This document shows, piece after piece, positions 19,924 through 29,410 of a DNA stretch of 64,000 nucleotides (position 1 is the stretch's first letter; every line of letters begins with the position of its first letter). This stretch comes from Candidatus Multivorans sp. (lineage in GTDB: Bacteria; Acidobacteriota; Thermoanaerobaculia; Multivoradales; Multivoraceae): the NCBI GenBank assembly GCA_965262355.1, contig OZ253534.1, positions 3,343,468 to 3,407,467 of the forward strand, read 5' to 3'. The position numbers and the translations under genes were made by a program. The notes beneath the pieces were generated by a model. That model saw nothing but the letters and a program-made list of their open reading frames with translations. It had not been told where the DNA came from and did no database searches.

Positions 19924-21808
19924 ATGCGCGCGATGAAGCAGGCGGCTGGAACCATCGGGCTCCTGGCAGCCGCGGGGGCGGCGGCCTTGGCGATCGGCTG
20001 CGGAGCGGCATCGGATGGCGCGTTGCTCGACGGCGGCTGGCCGATGTACCGGGGCGACGCGGCCGGCACGGGCTACTCGCCGCTCGACGAACTGAACGCC
20101 GCCAACGTCGCCGGTCTCGCGCAGGCCTGGAGCTACTCCCTGGCGTCGGCGCCCGCGGCCGCCGACGGGGACGGTGAGACGCCGCGGTCGCGGCCCGCCC
20201 GCTCCCAGGCGACGCCGATCGTGGTCGACGGCGTGATGTACCTGCCGACCGCGGACGCGGTGGTTGCGCTCGATCCGGCCACGGGCGAAGAGATCTGGCG
20301 GCACACCGTGACCGGCGGAGCGCCGTCCCGCCGCGGCGTCTCGTTCTGGCCGGGGGGCGGTGCGGGCGACCTGGCGCCCCGCGTCATCTTCTGCGCCGGC
20401 GAGCGGTTGATCGCGCTCGACGCCGCGTCCGGCGCGCCGGTCGCGGACTTCGGCGACGGCGGCGAGGTCGAGATCGGCGTGCCCTACAACTCGGTGCCCC
20501 TGGTGTGGGAGGACATCGTGGTGGTGGGCGCGAACACACCGCGCGGGGCGCCGGGCGGGATCGGCAACGCGCGCGCTTTCAGTGCGGTGAGCGGTGAGAG
20601 GCTGTGGGAGTTCAACTCCGTGCCGCAGCCGGGCGAGGTCGGCCACGACACCTGGGAGGGCGACAGTTGGCGCGGGCGGCTGGGCGCGAACGCCTGGCCG
20701 TTCTACTTCACGGTCGACAACGAGCGGGAACTCGTGTTCCTGCCCCTCGCTTCGCCGATTCCGTTCGCCTACGGCGGTGACCGGCCCGGCGCCAACCTGT
20801 TTGCCAACGCGGTGGTCGCGGTGGACATCCGGACCGGCGCGTACCGCTGGCACTTCCAGACCATCCACCACGACATCTGGGACCACGACCCGCCGGCGCC
20901 GCCGGTGCTCTTCGACATCGAGCGCGGCGGCGAGACGATCGACGCCCTCGCCGTGACGACGAAATCCGGCTACCTCTTCATCCTGAACCGGGAGACGGGC
21001 GAACCGGTCTTCGGCGTCGAGGAGGCGCCGATGCCGGCTAGCGAGGCGCCCGGGGAGCAGACCCACCCGACACAGCCGATCCCGAGCACGCCCCCGCTGG
21101 GGCGGGTCGGCTACGAGCCGGAAGACCTGGTGACCGCCGACGACACGACCGCGGAGCACGCGGAGGCCTGCGCGGACCTCGTCGAAAGCGCCGGTCCGCT
21201 CCACAACGAGGGTCCGTACACGCCGTGGCTTCACAAGGGACGGGGACAGCGGCGCCACCCTGCTCTTCCCGGGGCTGGCGGGTGGCCCGAACTGGGGCGG
21301 CGTCGCGTTCGACCCGGCCAACCGCCGGCTGCTGGCCTTCAGCCAGGACGTCGGCACGATGGCCTGGGTGGAGGAGGATCTGGAGGCGGACCCCGCCACC
21401 TACGTCCTGCGGGTGGCCCGGCCGTTCTCCTTCGCGGTTCGCATCGGCGATCAGTCCTGGCCGTGCCAGAAGCCGCCGTGGGGTCAGGTGACCGCGGTCG
21501 ACGCCGACACCGGCGAGGTCGCCTGGCAGCGCCCGGTGGGCGTCACCGAAGGCCTGCCGGTCGAGAAGAGGGAGACCGGCCGTCCGGGCCGCGCCTCGGC
21601 GATCGTCACCGCCGGTGGCCTCGCCTTCATCGCCGCCACCGACGACCGCCGCTTCCGGGCGCTCGCCGCCGCCACCGGCGACGAGTTGTGGTCGGCCGAG
21701 TTGCCGCTCCACGGGAACGCAAATCCGCTGACCTACCTCGGGCCGGACGGCCGCCAGTACGTGGCGATCGCGGCAACGGAGGAGGTGCTGGCGTTCCGGC
21801 TGCCGTAG
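19924..21808 (+). pseudogene. PQQ-binding quinoprotein dehydrogenase (glucose/quinate DH-like), single +1 frameshift near 21238
   Basis: QATPIVVDG and HHDIWDHD in the first frame; FPGLAGGPNWGG, PCQKPPWG and GRQYVAI in the +1 frame. Could be a sequencing error. Confidence 0.8.
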
Positions 21809-21810
21809 AC

Positions 21811-21837
21811 CCTGGGAACGCGGGCGTCTCGCCCGCA
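21811..21837 (+). repeat. REP-like palindrome
   Basis: CCTGGGAACGCGGGCGTCTCGCCCGCA directly after the stop codon. Confidence 0.9.
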
Positions 21838-21915
21838 CTTCCGGCAGTGGGAACGCCGGCTGACTGCTACAGTTGCGGCTTCCGTTTGTAGCGCTAGCGC
21901 GTAGCCGCGAGAGGG

Positions 21916-22971
21916 ATGTCTTCACACGACGAGAGCAAGGGGCCCGAGGGCTACGACCAACCCGCGGTTGAGGCCTGGATCGCCGAGCACGTCGACGCCC
22001 TGCGACCGCCGCTTCGTTGGACACGGCTTGAGGGTGGCCACTCGAACCTGACCTACCGGCTCGACGACGCCGACGGCAGGAAGGCGGTGATCCGGCGGCC
22101 GCCCCAGGGCGTGCTGCTGCCCAAGGCTCACGACATGAGCCGGGAGTGGTCGCTGATCTCGGCGCTCGGGCCGACGGCGGTGCCGGTGCCGCCGGCGCTC
22201 GCGTTCTGCGAGAGCCCGGACGTGACCGGCGCCTGGTTCTACGTCATGGGCCTCGTGGACGGTCGGCCGCTCTACAGTTCCGCTCACACCGAGGAGTGGG
22301 TGCCCGAGGAGCGGCGCGTGAAGCTGGCGCATTCCTTCATCGACGTGCTCGCCGAGCTCCACGCCGTCGACCCGGACGAGGTGGGCCTGGGTGACCTTGG
22401 CAAGCGGGATAGCTACGTCGGAAGGCAACTCCGGACCTGGTACCGGTCCTGGACCGCCTCGGTGGAACCGGCCCAGCTCGACGACCCGCGGGCCCACGAA
22501 CTGCAGCGGTACTTCCTGGACCATCTGCCGGACCAGGGGCCGGCGCGCGTCGTCCACGGCGACTACGGGCTGCACAACTGCCTCGTTGGACCGGAGTCTG
22601 TGATCGCCGCCGTCGTCGACTGGGAGATCTCGACCCTCGGCGATCCGCTGGCCGACCTCGCCTACGCGATGAACCAGTGGACGCCGGCGGTGAACACCAT
22701 GCCGAGCGGCGGCGGCGGCGCCACCGCGGCGCCCGGCTTTCCGGCGCGCGAGGCTCTTCTGGAGCGATACGCCAATCGCACCGGCAGGGATATCTCGCAC
22801 CTGGACTACTACGTCGGCTTCAACCGCTGGAAGTCGGCGGCGATCGTCCACGGCGTCTACGCGCGCTACATGGAAGGCAAGAAGAGCACCGAGGGCGTCG
22901 ACATGGACGAGATGCGCCAGCGCATCGTGAGGACGCTGGACCTGGCAGAAGAGGCGGTAAGCAGGCTGTAG
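21916..22971 (+). CDS. Phosphotransferase family protein (APH-like, ACAD10/11 N-terminal type)
   Basis: GGHSNLTY, AHDMSRE, VHGDY, VDWE, GDPLADL. Confidence 0.9.
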   Translation: MSSHDESKGPEGYDQPAVEAWIAEHVDALRPPLRWTRLEGGHSNLTYRLDDADGRKAVIRRPPQGVLLPKAHDMSREWSLISALGPTAVPVPPALAFCESPDVTGAWFYVMGLVDGRPLYSSAHTEEWVPEERRVKLAHSFIDVLAELHAVDPDEVGLGDLGKRDSYVGRQLRTWYRSWTASVEPAQLDDPRAHELQRYFLDHLPDQGPARVVHGDYGLHNCLVGPESVIAAVVDWEISTLGDPLADLAYAMNQWTPAVNTMPSGGGGATAAPGFPAREALLERYANRTGRDISHLDYYVGFNRWKSAAIVHGVYARYMEGKKSTEGVDMDEMRQRIVRTLDLAEEAVSRL

Positions 22972-22993
22972 CCGCGGGTCTTCTGACCCGCGG
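22972..22993 (+). terminator. GC-rich hairpin after the stop codon, possible terminator
   Basis: CCGCGGGTC-TTCT-GACCCGCGG; no U-tract. Confidence 0.4.
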
Positions 22994-23098
22994 AAGACAA
23001 CGCGCCGCGAAGCGGTGACCATGCTCCGCCGCTCTAGTGGTCGATGTCGGCGCAGCCAGTAGGCTTGGGGTACGCAACACAGCCTGAAGGAGAGAGCC

Positions 23099-24322
23099 AT
23101 GACTACTCCCACGCGCGGCCCGCGACGGCCCAGCCGCCGCGCCTTACTCGGCCTGGCTGGCGCCGCCGCCGCGAGTTCGCTCCACCCGGCCGCCCGGGCG
23201 CAGACATCAGGTGAGATCCGGGATCTCGGCGAGACGCCCACCGAGTACGGGCAGCCGTCGCCGTTTGCCGGCGCCAAGCGCTGGAGCCGCGCCCCCGACG
23301 CGACGGCGTCGTCCTCGAACACGCCGCTCGCGGACACCGAGGGCATCGTCACGCCGTCCGGATTGCACTTCGAGCGCCATCACACCGGCGTACCGGGGAT
23401 CGACCCGGACACCCACCGCCTGACCATCCACGGCCTGGTCGACCGGCCGCTGGTGTTCGGGGTGGAAGATCTGGTCCGCATGCCGTCGGTGTCCCGGTTC
23501 CACTTCATCGAGTGCTCGGGGAACAGTGCGCGCGAGTGGTCGCCGGCCGGCGCCGCGAGCGTGCAGCTCAGCCACGGCCTCGCGAGCTGCAGCGAGTGGA
23601 CCGGCGTGCTGCTGGCGGATCTGTTGGCCGAGGCCGGCGTCAAGCCCGAGGCAAGCTGGGTCGTGGCCGAAGGCGCCGACGCGGGCCTGATGAGCCGCAG
23701 CGTGCCGCTCGAGAGGGCGCTCGACGACGTGATCATCGCCTACGGCCAGAACGGTGAGCCGGTGCGGCCCGAGCAGGGATATCCGCTGCGGCTACTGGCG
23801 CCGGGCTGCGAGGGCAGCGTCAACGTCAAGTGGCTGCGCCGGCTCGAGGTGGCGCACATGCCTTCGATGGCCCGTGACGAGACCTCCAAGTACACGGACC
23901 TCCTGCCCGACGGCAAGGCGCGCCAGTTCACCCTGGTCATGGACGCCAAGTCCGTGATCACGCGGCCCTCGGGCGAGCAGAAGCTGAACGGGCCTGGTTT
24001 CCACGAGATCCGCGGTCTGGCCTGGTCGGGCCGCGGCGCGATCAGCCGTGTCGAGGTGTCGACGGACGACGGCCGCTCGTGGAGCGACGCCGAGATCGAC
24101 GGCCCGCGCCACGCCAAGGCCTTCACCCGCTTCCGGTCGCCCTGGCGCTGGGACGGCGGCCGCCACGTCCTGATGTCCCGGGCCACCGATGACACCGGCT
24201 ACGTGCAGCCGACCCTGGCCGCGCTGCTCGAGGCGAGGGGCCGGTCGACGATCTACCACAACAACCGGATCAAGGCCTGGGAGGTCAAGGAGTCGGGGGA
24301 GGTGACGAATGTCGGGGCCTAG
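23099..24322 (+). CDS. soxC: Molybdopterin sulfite/sulfane dehydrogenase, SoxC-like
   Basis: Tat signal SRRALL; TPSGLHFERHH, FIECSGN, RPEQGYPLRL, VKWLRR, GLAWSGRG. Confidence 0.9.
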   Translation: MTTPTRGPRRPSRRALLGLAGAAAASSLHPAARAQTSGEIRDLGETPTEYGQPSPFAGAKRWSRAPDATASSSNTPLADTEGIVTPSGLHFERHHTGVPGIDPDTHRLTIHGLVDRPLVFGVEDLVRMPSVSRFHFIECSGNSAREWSPAGAASVQLSHGLASCSEWTGVLLADLLAEAGVKPEASWVVAEGADAGLMSRSVPLERALDDVIIAYGQNGEPVRPEQGYPLRLLAPGCEGSVNVKWLRRLEVAHMPSMARDETSKYTDLLPDGKARQFTLVMDAKSVITRPSGEQKLNGPGFHEIRGLAWSGRGAISRVEVSTDDGRSWSDAEIDGPRHAKAFTRFRSPWRWDGGRHVLMSRATDDTGYVQPTLAALLEARGRSTIYHNNRIKAWEVKESGEVTNVGA

Positions 24323-24944
24323 CGGACTGCACGGCAGAACGACCTGCCGCTCGGTTCCTGGGAACGCGGGCGTCTCGCCCGCATCCGGCGCGAAGCGCCG
24401 GCCCGTAGGCGCCAGTGCGATCGTCCTGTTCGCCCTGCTCGGCGCCACGGGCATGGCTGTTGCCGCCGAGGAGTCGGAGCGCACCGGTCTCGGCCACGAA
24501 GCCACCGCAGCGGAACTCCAGGCGGCCGGCTTCACCGTCTTTCCCGACGGCAAGGGCTTGCCGGAAGGCCAGGGAACCGCGCGCGAGGGTAGGGCCGTCT
24601 ACCAGCAATTCTGCGCCGCCTGCCATGGGCGAAACGCCGGCGGAGAGGACGCTGCGGCGCTGGTCGGCGGCCGCGGCAGCCTGACCTCGGAGCGGCCTCG
24701 GCGGACGGTTGAGAGCTACTGGCCCTACGCCACGACCGTCTGGGACTACATCCGCCGCTCCATGCCCTACGAGGCGCCCGGCTCACTCACAGACGACGAG
24801 ATCTACGCCGTCGTCGCCCACCTGCTGCACCTCGGCGGGATCGTCGGCGAGGACGAAGTGCTCGACCGCGAGAGCCTGCCGCGGGTCGAGATGCCGAACC
24901 GCGACGGGTTCGTACCGGACGACCGGCCCGACACGGGCCAGTAG
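24309..24944 (+). CDS. Monoheme cytochrome c, SoxD-like partner
   Basis: PDGKGLPEG, CAACHG, YWPYATTVWDYIRRSMP, MPNRDGF. Overlaps the soxC end. Confidence 0.88.
   Translation: MSGPSGLHGRTTCRSVPGNAGVSPASGAKRRPVGASAIVLFALLGATGMAVAAEESERTGLGHEATAAELQAAGFTVFPDGKGLPEGQGTAREGRAVYQQFCAACHGRNAGGEDAAALVGGRGSLTSERPRRTVESYWPYATTVWDYIRRSMPYEAPGSLTDDEIYAVVAHLLHLGGIVGEDEVLDRESLPRVEMPNRDGFVPDDRPDTGQ
24357..24391 (+). repeat. REP-like palindrome within the predicted cytochrome N-terminus
   Basis: CCTGGGAACGCGGGCGTCTCGCCCGCATCCGGCGC encodes PGNAGVSPASGA. Confidence 0.9.
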
Positions 24945-25000
24945 TCCGACTGTTGGTGCGCCGGCGCACCCAGGGGACGACCGTTGCCGATCTTGACGCT

Positions 25001-25936
25001 CTACTGCAGTTGCAGTAAATCCTGCTGCCGGGCAGGCGACCGCTCGATCCGCGGATAGTCGGCACCGACCGGACACGCGAGTTGACAGCTCTGGCAGCCG
25101 GTGTAGGCGCCCTGCCGCTGGACGGTGAGGTTGTAGAAGATCTGCTGCGTCACCGGGCTCCTGGCGATCTCGACTGCTTCGGCGGCGGACTTCGAATCGA
25201 ACAGGTCCTCGAGATGCTCCACCATGCGATCGGGGCCGAAGGGCTGGCAAGCCCGCGCGCAGGCGTCTTCGTCGAGACCGCGCACGTCGGCGAGCGGCGC
25301 GCCGGGGGGCGCCGACCTCGGAATCGCCCCAACGGGGCAGACCTCGGCGCAGCGGCCGCAGTCCTCGAGTCCGGGGCAGAGTTCCTCGGTTAGTGGCTGC
25401 CCGCACTCAACAGCGGCATCGGTCAGGACCCCGGCCAGGAACACCCGCGGGCCGTACTCCGGGGTCAGGATCATCTCGTTGAGGCCAAGCGTTCCCAGGC
25501 CGCTGGCGACCGCCGCCTGCCTCAGGAGCAGGGAACCCTGGCCGCCCGGACCGGCGTAGGCCATGGGCTGACGTCTGAGGTCCGGGATGGTCGCCGAGAG
25601 CACGCAGGCGATCGCGTCCCGCTGCTCCAGCCAGTAGGCGAGTTCGCCCGCGGCCTCCTCGAGATGGCGCGCCACGCGGCCGTTGGCATACTGGCGGAAG
25701 GCGGCGTCGGGCGAGCAGGCGACGCCGGTCGGGTAGCGCTTGGCGAGCACGATCAGGCGCGAGAGGTAGGTCGAGAGCTGCGACGGCTTGTCGTAGTCCG
25801 GCGCCTGCCCCTCCAGCTCCTGCCACGAGCAGAAACCGATCAGGTCGAGGCCGAGGGTCTTCGCCTTCGCTTCGATTGCCTCGGTGTTCAGCCTCGGGCC
25901 TGCGCCGTTGCCGTTTCTGCTCACCGGGTCGGTCAT
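25001..25936 (-). CDS. QueG/reductive dehalogenase-like cobalamin- and [4Fe-4S]-binding protein (paralog 3)
   Basis: AAVASGLGTLGLNEMILTPEYGPRVFLAGVLTD; CPGLEDCGRCAEVCP and CQSCQLACP. ATG 25936 with ATGA overlap. Confidence 0.82.
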   Translation of the reverse strand: MTDPVSRNGNGAGPRLNTEAIEAKAKTLGLDLIGFCSWQELEGQAPDYDKPSQLSTYLSRLIVLAKRYPTGVACSPDAAFRQYANGRVARHLEEAAGELAYWLEQRDAIACVLSATIPDLRRQPMAYAGPGGQGSLLLRQAAVASGLGTLGLNEMILTPEYGPRVFLAGVLTDAAVECGQPLTEELCPGLEDCGRCAEVCPVGAIPRSAPPGAPLADVRGLDEDACARACQPFGPDRMVEHLEDLFDSKSAAEAVEIARSPVTQQIFYNLTVQRQGAYTGCQSCQLACPVGADYPRIERSPARQQDLLQLQ

Positions 25937-26925
25937 CTGGCCCCTATGCGCACAAGATGATCGAAGTCGCGGTCCCGGATGTACTCCCGGTCCCGCTCGC
26001 TGGGCGGGCCGCGAAAGACGAGTTCGTGCTCCTCCTCGCCGCGGATGTGCACCACGCTGCCGGGCGGCAGGTCCTGCCGCCGGTAGGGGATGCGCATGAC
26101 CTTGCGGATGTCCTTCGACCCCACCGGGCAGATGTACATGCACTCGAAGCAGGCGGCGAAGGCGCCGCGCTTACTGTTCGTGGCGAGGAAGAAGTCCCGC
26201 CAGTAGCGGTTGTCGAGCACCTGGGAGACGTCGAGATCGACTTCGGCGCCCAGCAGTTTGCGCAGCACGACGTACAGCGAGCGGATGCTGATGCGCATCG
26301 CCGCCTGCGAGCAGCCCCGCTGGTCGAGATCGCGGATGTCGTTGACGCTGCTCTCGTTCGACGCCTTGAGCGGAATCGCCTGCGGCGGACAGATCACGGC
26401 GCAGCGGCCGCAGCGAAGCCCGGGGCAGAGGTCGTGGCCGAGAGGTTGGTCGGGTTCGAGTTCGGCGTCGGTGATCAGCGCCCCCAGGTAGACGCGGGAT
26501 CCGTACTCCGGGGTCAGGAAGTTGAGGTTGAGCCCGACATGGCCGAGTCCGGCGAATTCGGCCGTCCACTTGAGATCGAGCAGGCCGGCGCCGGTCCACT
26601 TCAAGTCGAGGTCGGCGTACTCGCCCGAGACCGGCAGGGCGCAGTGGCCGCGCTCCTCGAGCCACTCCGCGATCTCATAGGTGGTCTCCTCGGCGGAGTC
26701 GAGTGAAAGGTGCGAGTTCGTCGACTGGGTCGCCACGTCCTGAAGCGCCATCGCGCCGGTCAGGAGGTGCTTGGTGACCACGACGATGCTCTTCATCCCC
26801 TCGCACAGGTAGTCCGGCACCTGCCCGCTCTGGGTTATGGCGGTGTAGTCCGCAACATCGGCGACGCCGACCGAATCGGCGCCCCGCTCGAGCGCGAAAC
26901 GGGCGAGTTGCTCCTTCAGGCTCAC
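25933..26925 (-). CDS. QueG/reductive dehalogenase-like protein (paralog 2)
   Basis: GADSVGVA, AEFAGLGHVGLNLNFLTPEYGSRVYLGALITD; CPGLRCGRCAVICP and CFECMYICP. GTG 26925 with GTGA overlap. Confidence 0.82.
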   Translation of the reverse strand: MSLKEQLARFALERGADSVGVADVADYTAITQSGQVPDYLCEGMKSIVVVTKHLLTGAMALQDVATQSTNSHLSLDSAEETTYEIAEWLEERGHCALPVSGEYADLDLKWTGAGLLDLKWTAEFAGLGHVGLNLNFLTPEYGSRVYLGALITDAELEPDQPLGHDLCPGLRCGRCAVICPPQAIPLKASNESSVNDIRDLDQRGCSQAAMRISIRSLYVVLRKLLGAEVDLDVSQVLDNRYWRDFFLATNSKRGAFAACFECMYICPVGSKDIRKVMRIPYRRQDLPPGSVVHIRGEEEHELVFRGPPSERDREYIRDRDFDHLVRIGAR

Positions 26926-27908
26926 CGGCGCTCCTGGTCCCAGGTCGTGCGGCGGCGAATCTGCGGCCCCAGGTTCTCGATCTCGACGAACCCGTCCGCG
27001 TGCCGCCGCGGCAGCCGGTCGGGCAGGTCGTGGCGGCGGTGCGTGGACCAACTCAAGCGCTCGTAGTCCCGGCCGACGGGGCACACCTGGACGCACTCGC
27101 TGCAGCCGGTGAGCGAGGCCTCCTTCATCATCGCCATCTCCGACCAGATCTCGCCGGACTTGCGGCCGCGCATCCGCTGCCACATCTCGTCGCCGGTGCG
27201 CGCCTCGAAGATCGAAGCGAGATGCTCGCCGAAGGCTTCGAAACCGAAGGGCTGGCAGCTCTGCGCGCAGGCTCGCTCGTCAAGACCGCGGATTGTGGTC
27301 AGTGTGGCGCCCTGGGGGGCTCGCCTGGGGATCGCGTCCGAAGGGCAGATCGCGGCGCAGCGACCGCATTCCTCGAGGCCGAGGCAGAGATCCTCCGGCA
27401 GTTCGGCGCCCGGTTCGATCTCCGCCGAGGTCAGGACGCCGGCGAAGAAGACCCGCGGACCGTACTCCGGCGTCAGCACCATCCGGTTGAGGCCGAGCGT
27501 GCCGAGCCCGGCTAGCACGGCGCCCTGGCGGAGCAGGGGCGAGCCTTGCCCGGCGGGGAGGAGGTCTTCGGGTTTCCTGCGGTCGAAGTCGAGCGACGCC
27601 GGTGACACGGGCAGGGCGAGAAGGCCCCGTTCCTCGAGGCGAAACGCGATCCGCTCGGCGGCGAACTCCAGGGCGCGCAGGGTGCGGCCGCCGGCGAGCT
27701 GCTTGCTCGGCAAGTGCTTCGCCCACAGCACGCCGCGCAGCGTGCGCTTGCCGAGCACGATGAGAGTGCGGGACTCCGCGCTCAGCGTGGAAGGTCGGTG
27801 CCGTTCATCGAGCCGCTCCTCGAGATCGGCCACCGACGCGAAGCCGACGAGGTCGATCGCAAGGTCCTTGGCCATGGCCCGGGCGGCGCCTTCCAGCGTC
27901 TCGGCCAT
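26922..27908 (-). CDS. QueG/reductive dehalogenase-like protein (paralog 1)
   Basis: AVLAGLGTLGLNRMVLTPEYGPRVFFAGVLT; CLGLEECGRCAAICP and CSECVQVCP. TGATG overlap. Confidence 0.82.
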   Translation of the reverse strand: MAETLEGAARAMAKDLAIDLVGFASVADLEERLDERHRPSTLSAESRTLIVLGKRTLRGVLWAKHLPSKQLAGGRTLRALEFAAERIAFRLEERGLLALPVSPASLDFDRRKPEDLLPAGQGSPLLRQGAVLAGLGTLGLNRMVLTPEYGPRVFFAGVLTSAEIEPGAELPEDLCLGLEECGRCAAICPSDAIPRRAPQGATLTTIRGLDERACAQSCQPFGFEAFGEHLASIFEARTGDEMWQRMRGRKSGEIWSEMAMMKEASLTGCSECVQVCPVGRDYERLSWSTHRRHDLPDRLPRRHADGFVEIENLGPQIRRRTTWDQERR

Positions 27909-29410
27909 CAGGGCAGGGGCATCTGCTGGCTTTCCACCTCGCGCGCCTGGTCGAACGCGGCGACCGGCTCATCGGTGCGCACCTGCTCAAGCCAGAACAC
28001 GCCGTCGAACTGGGCGCTGTTGCCGCGCGTGCCGACAAAGTCGACGTCGCCGTCGCCGTCCATGTCGCGGGCGACGAAGCTGTCGAACATGCCGCGCTTG
28101 CGCCGCGAGATGTCGTGCCGGGTCCACTCGCCGTCGAGGTCGCCCGGGTTCTCGAACCAGGCGAGCCGGCCGAGCGGCGTGTCGGGCTCGACTTCGCGAT
28201 CTTCCGCCCGCCCGCTGCGGCTGTAGGCGCCGGACATGGCGTCGAGGTCGCCGTCGCCGTCGATGTCGGTGAAGGCGAAGCCGACCAGACTGTCCGGGGT
28301 CAGCCGGCCGATCCGGCGCAGTTGCCAGGCATCTCCCTGGTCGGCCGGCTGCTCCAGCCAGACGAGGACGCCGCCGAACTCGACCGACGCGAGGTCCAGC
28401 CGGCCATCGCCGGAGAGATCGACGAAGGCCATGTTGAAGCCGTTGACGAGTGCGCCAGTCTGGGGGGCGTTCGGCGGCCGGACGGTGTCGGCGGTGGTCG
28501 TCGTGCCCTCGATGAGGATCGGGTGCTCCACGAGTTCGACGTCGCCGGCGCTCCGGTTCTCGAACCAGAAGATGCGGCCCTCGCCGGTCGATCCGCCCAC
28601 GATGTCGGTGTCGCCATCGCCGTCGAGATCGACGGTCTGCGAGTTGATCGGCCAGATCACCTGCGCGATCTCGTGCTCGGTCCACTCGCCGGAGAGCGGG
28701 TCGGCCGTGGTGTCGAACCAGGAGATCGGGTTCCTGGCGGTGCTTCGCCGATCCGGGTTCTGCGCCCCCTTGTTCGGTGCGACGACTTCCGGCCGACCGT
28801 CGCCGTCGAGGTCGCCGGTGAACACGCGGATGTACGAGCCCCGATCCTTCGTGACCGGCGGAATCACCCGCGGCCAGTCGCCGCTACGCAGGGCGGCGGC
28901 CGCCTCTTCCGTCTCGGCGCCGGGGTTCTCGAAGTAGATCAGGTGGGCCAGCTCGCAGGCGGCAACGACGTCCAGATCGCCGTCGCCGTCGAAGTCGGAG
29001 ATGGCGACATCCTCGGATCCGGCGGCCTCCGCCCCCTCGGCGAGGGTCGCCAGAACCCAGGTGTCGGGGTCGCCGGTGCCGAAGGCGAGCCGGACGTGAC
29101 CCGCCCCTTCGTTGCCGTACTCGGTATCCGCCTCGTGGACGGAGACGATGTCGAGGTGGCCGTCGCCGTCGAGATCGGCCATCTTGAGTCCGTCGCCGCC
29201 GCGGATCGGGACGCCAGAGGTCTCCACGTCGTCGATGATGTGTTCGCGCCAGGAGATCCACTGGCCGTCCGTGGACTGGGCGTGGGTTGGCGTGTCGGCG
29301 ACGAGGTTCGAGGCGGGGGCAGGATCGCTGCCTTCGCCGGTCTGACAGGCCGGCAGCGTGAGGGCGAGAGCGGCGATCAGGCACCCGGCAAGGGAGCGCA
29401 AACCGCTCAT
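27908..29410 (-). CDS. FG-GAP/VCBS repeat (Ca-binding beta-propeller) lipoprotein
   Basis: Lipobox LPAC; about seven DxDGDGxxD motifs. ATG 29410 with ATGA overlap. Confidence 0.88.
   Translation of the reverse strand: MSGLRSLAGCLIAALALTLPACQTGEGSDPAPASNLVADTPTHAQSTDGQWISWREHIIDDVETSGVPIRGGDGLKMADLDGDGHLDIVSVHEADTEYGNEGAGHVRLAFGTGDPDTWVLATLAEGAEAAGSEDVAISDFDGDGDLDVVAACELAHLIYFENPGAETEEAAAALRSGDWPRVIPPVTKDRGSYIRVFTGDLDGDGRPEVVAPNKGAQNPDRRSTARNPISWFDTTADPLSGEWTEHEIAQVIWPINSQTVDLDGDGDTDIVGGSTGEGRIFWFENRSAGDVELVEHPILIEGTTTTADTVRPPNAPQTGALVNGFNMAFVDLSGDGRLDLASVEFGGVLVWLEQPADQGDAWQLRRIGRLTPDSLVGFAFTDIDGDGDLDAMSGAYSRSGRAEDREVEPDTPLGRLAWFENPGDLDGEWTRHDISRRKRGMFDSFVARDMDGDGDVDFVGTRGNSAQFDGVFWLEQVRTDEPVAAFDQAREVESQQMPLP

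Noticed and set aside
25001-27908. Calling the three Fe-S proteins queG or respiratory rdhA
   Set aside because: Triplication, absence of a Tat signal and of rdhB, and the altered Cys spacing do not support either specific name.
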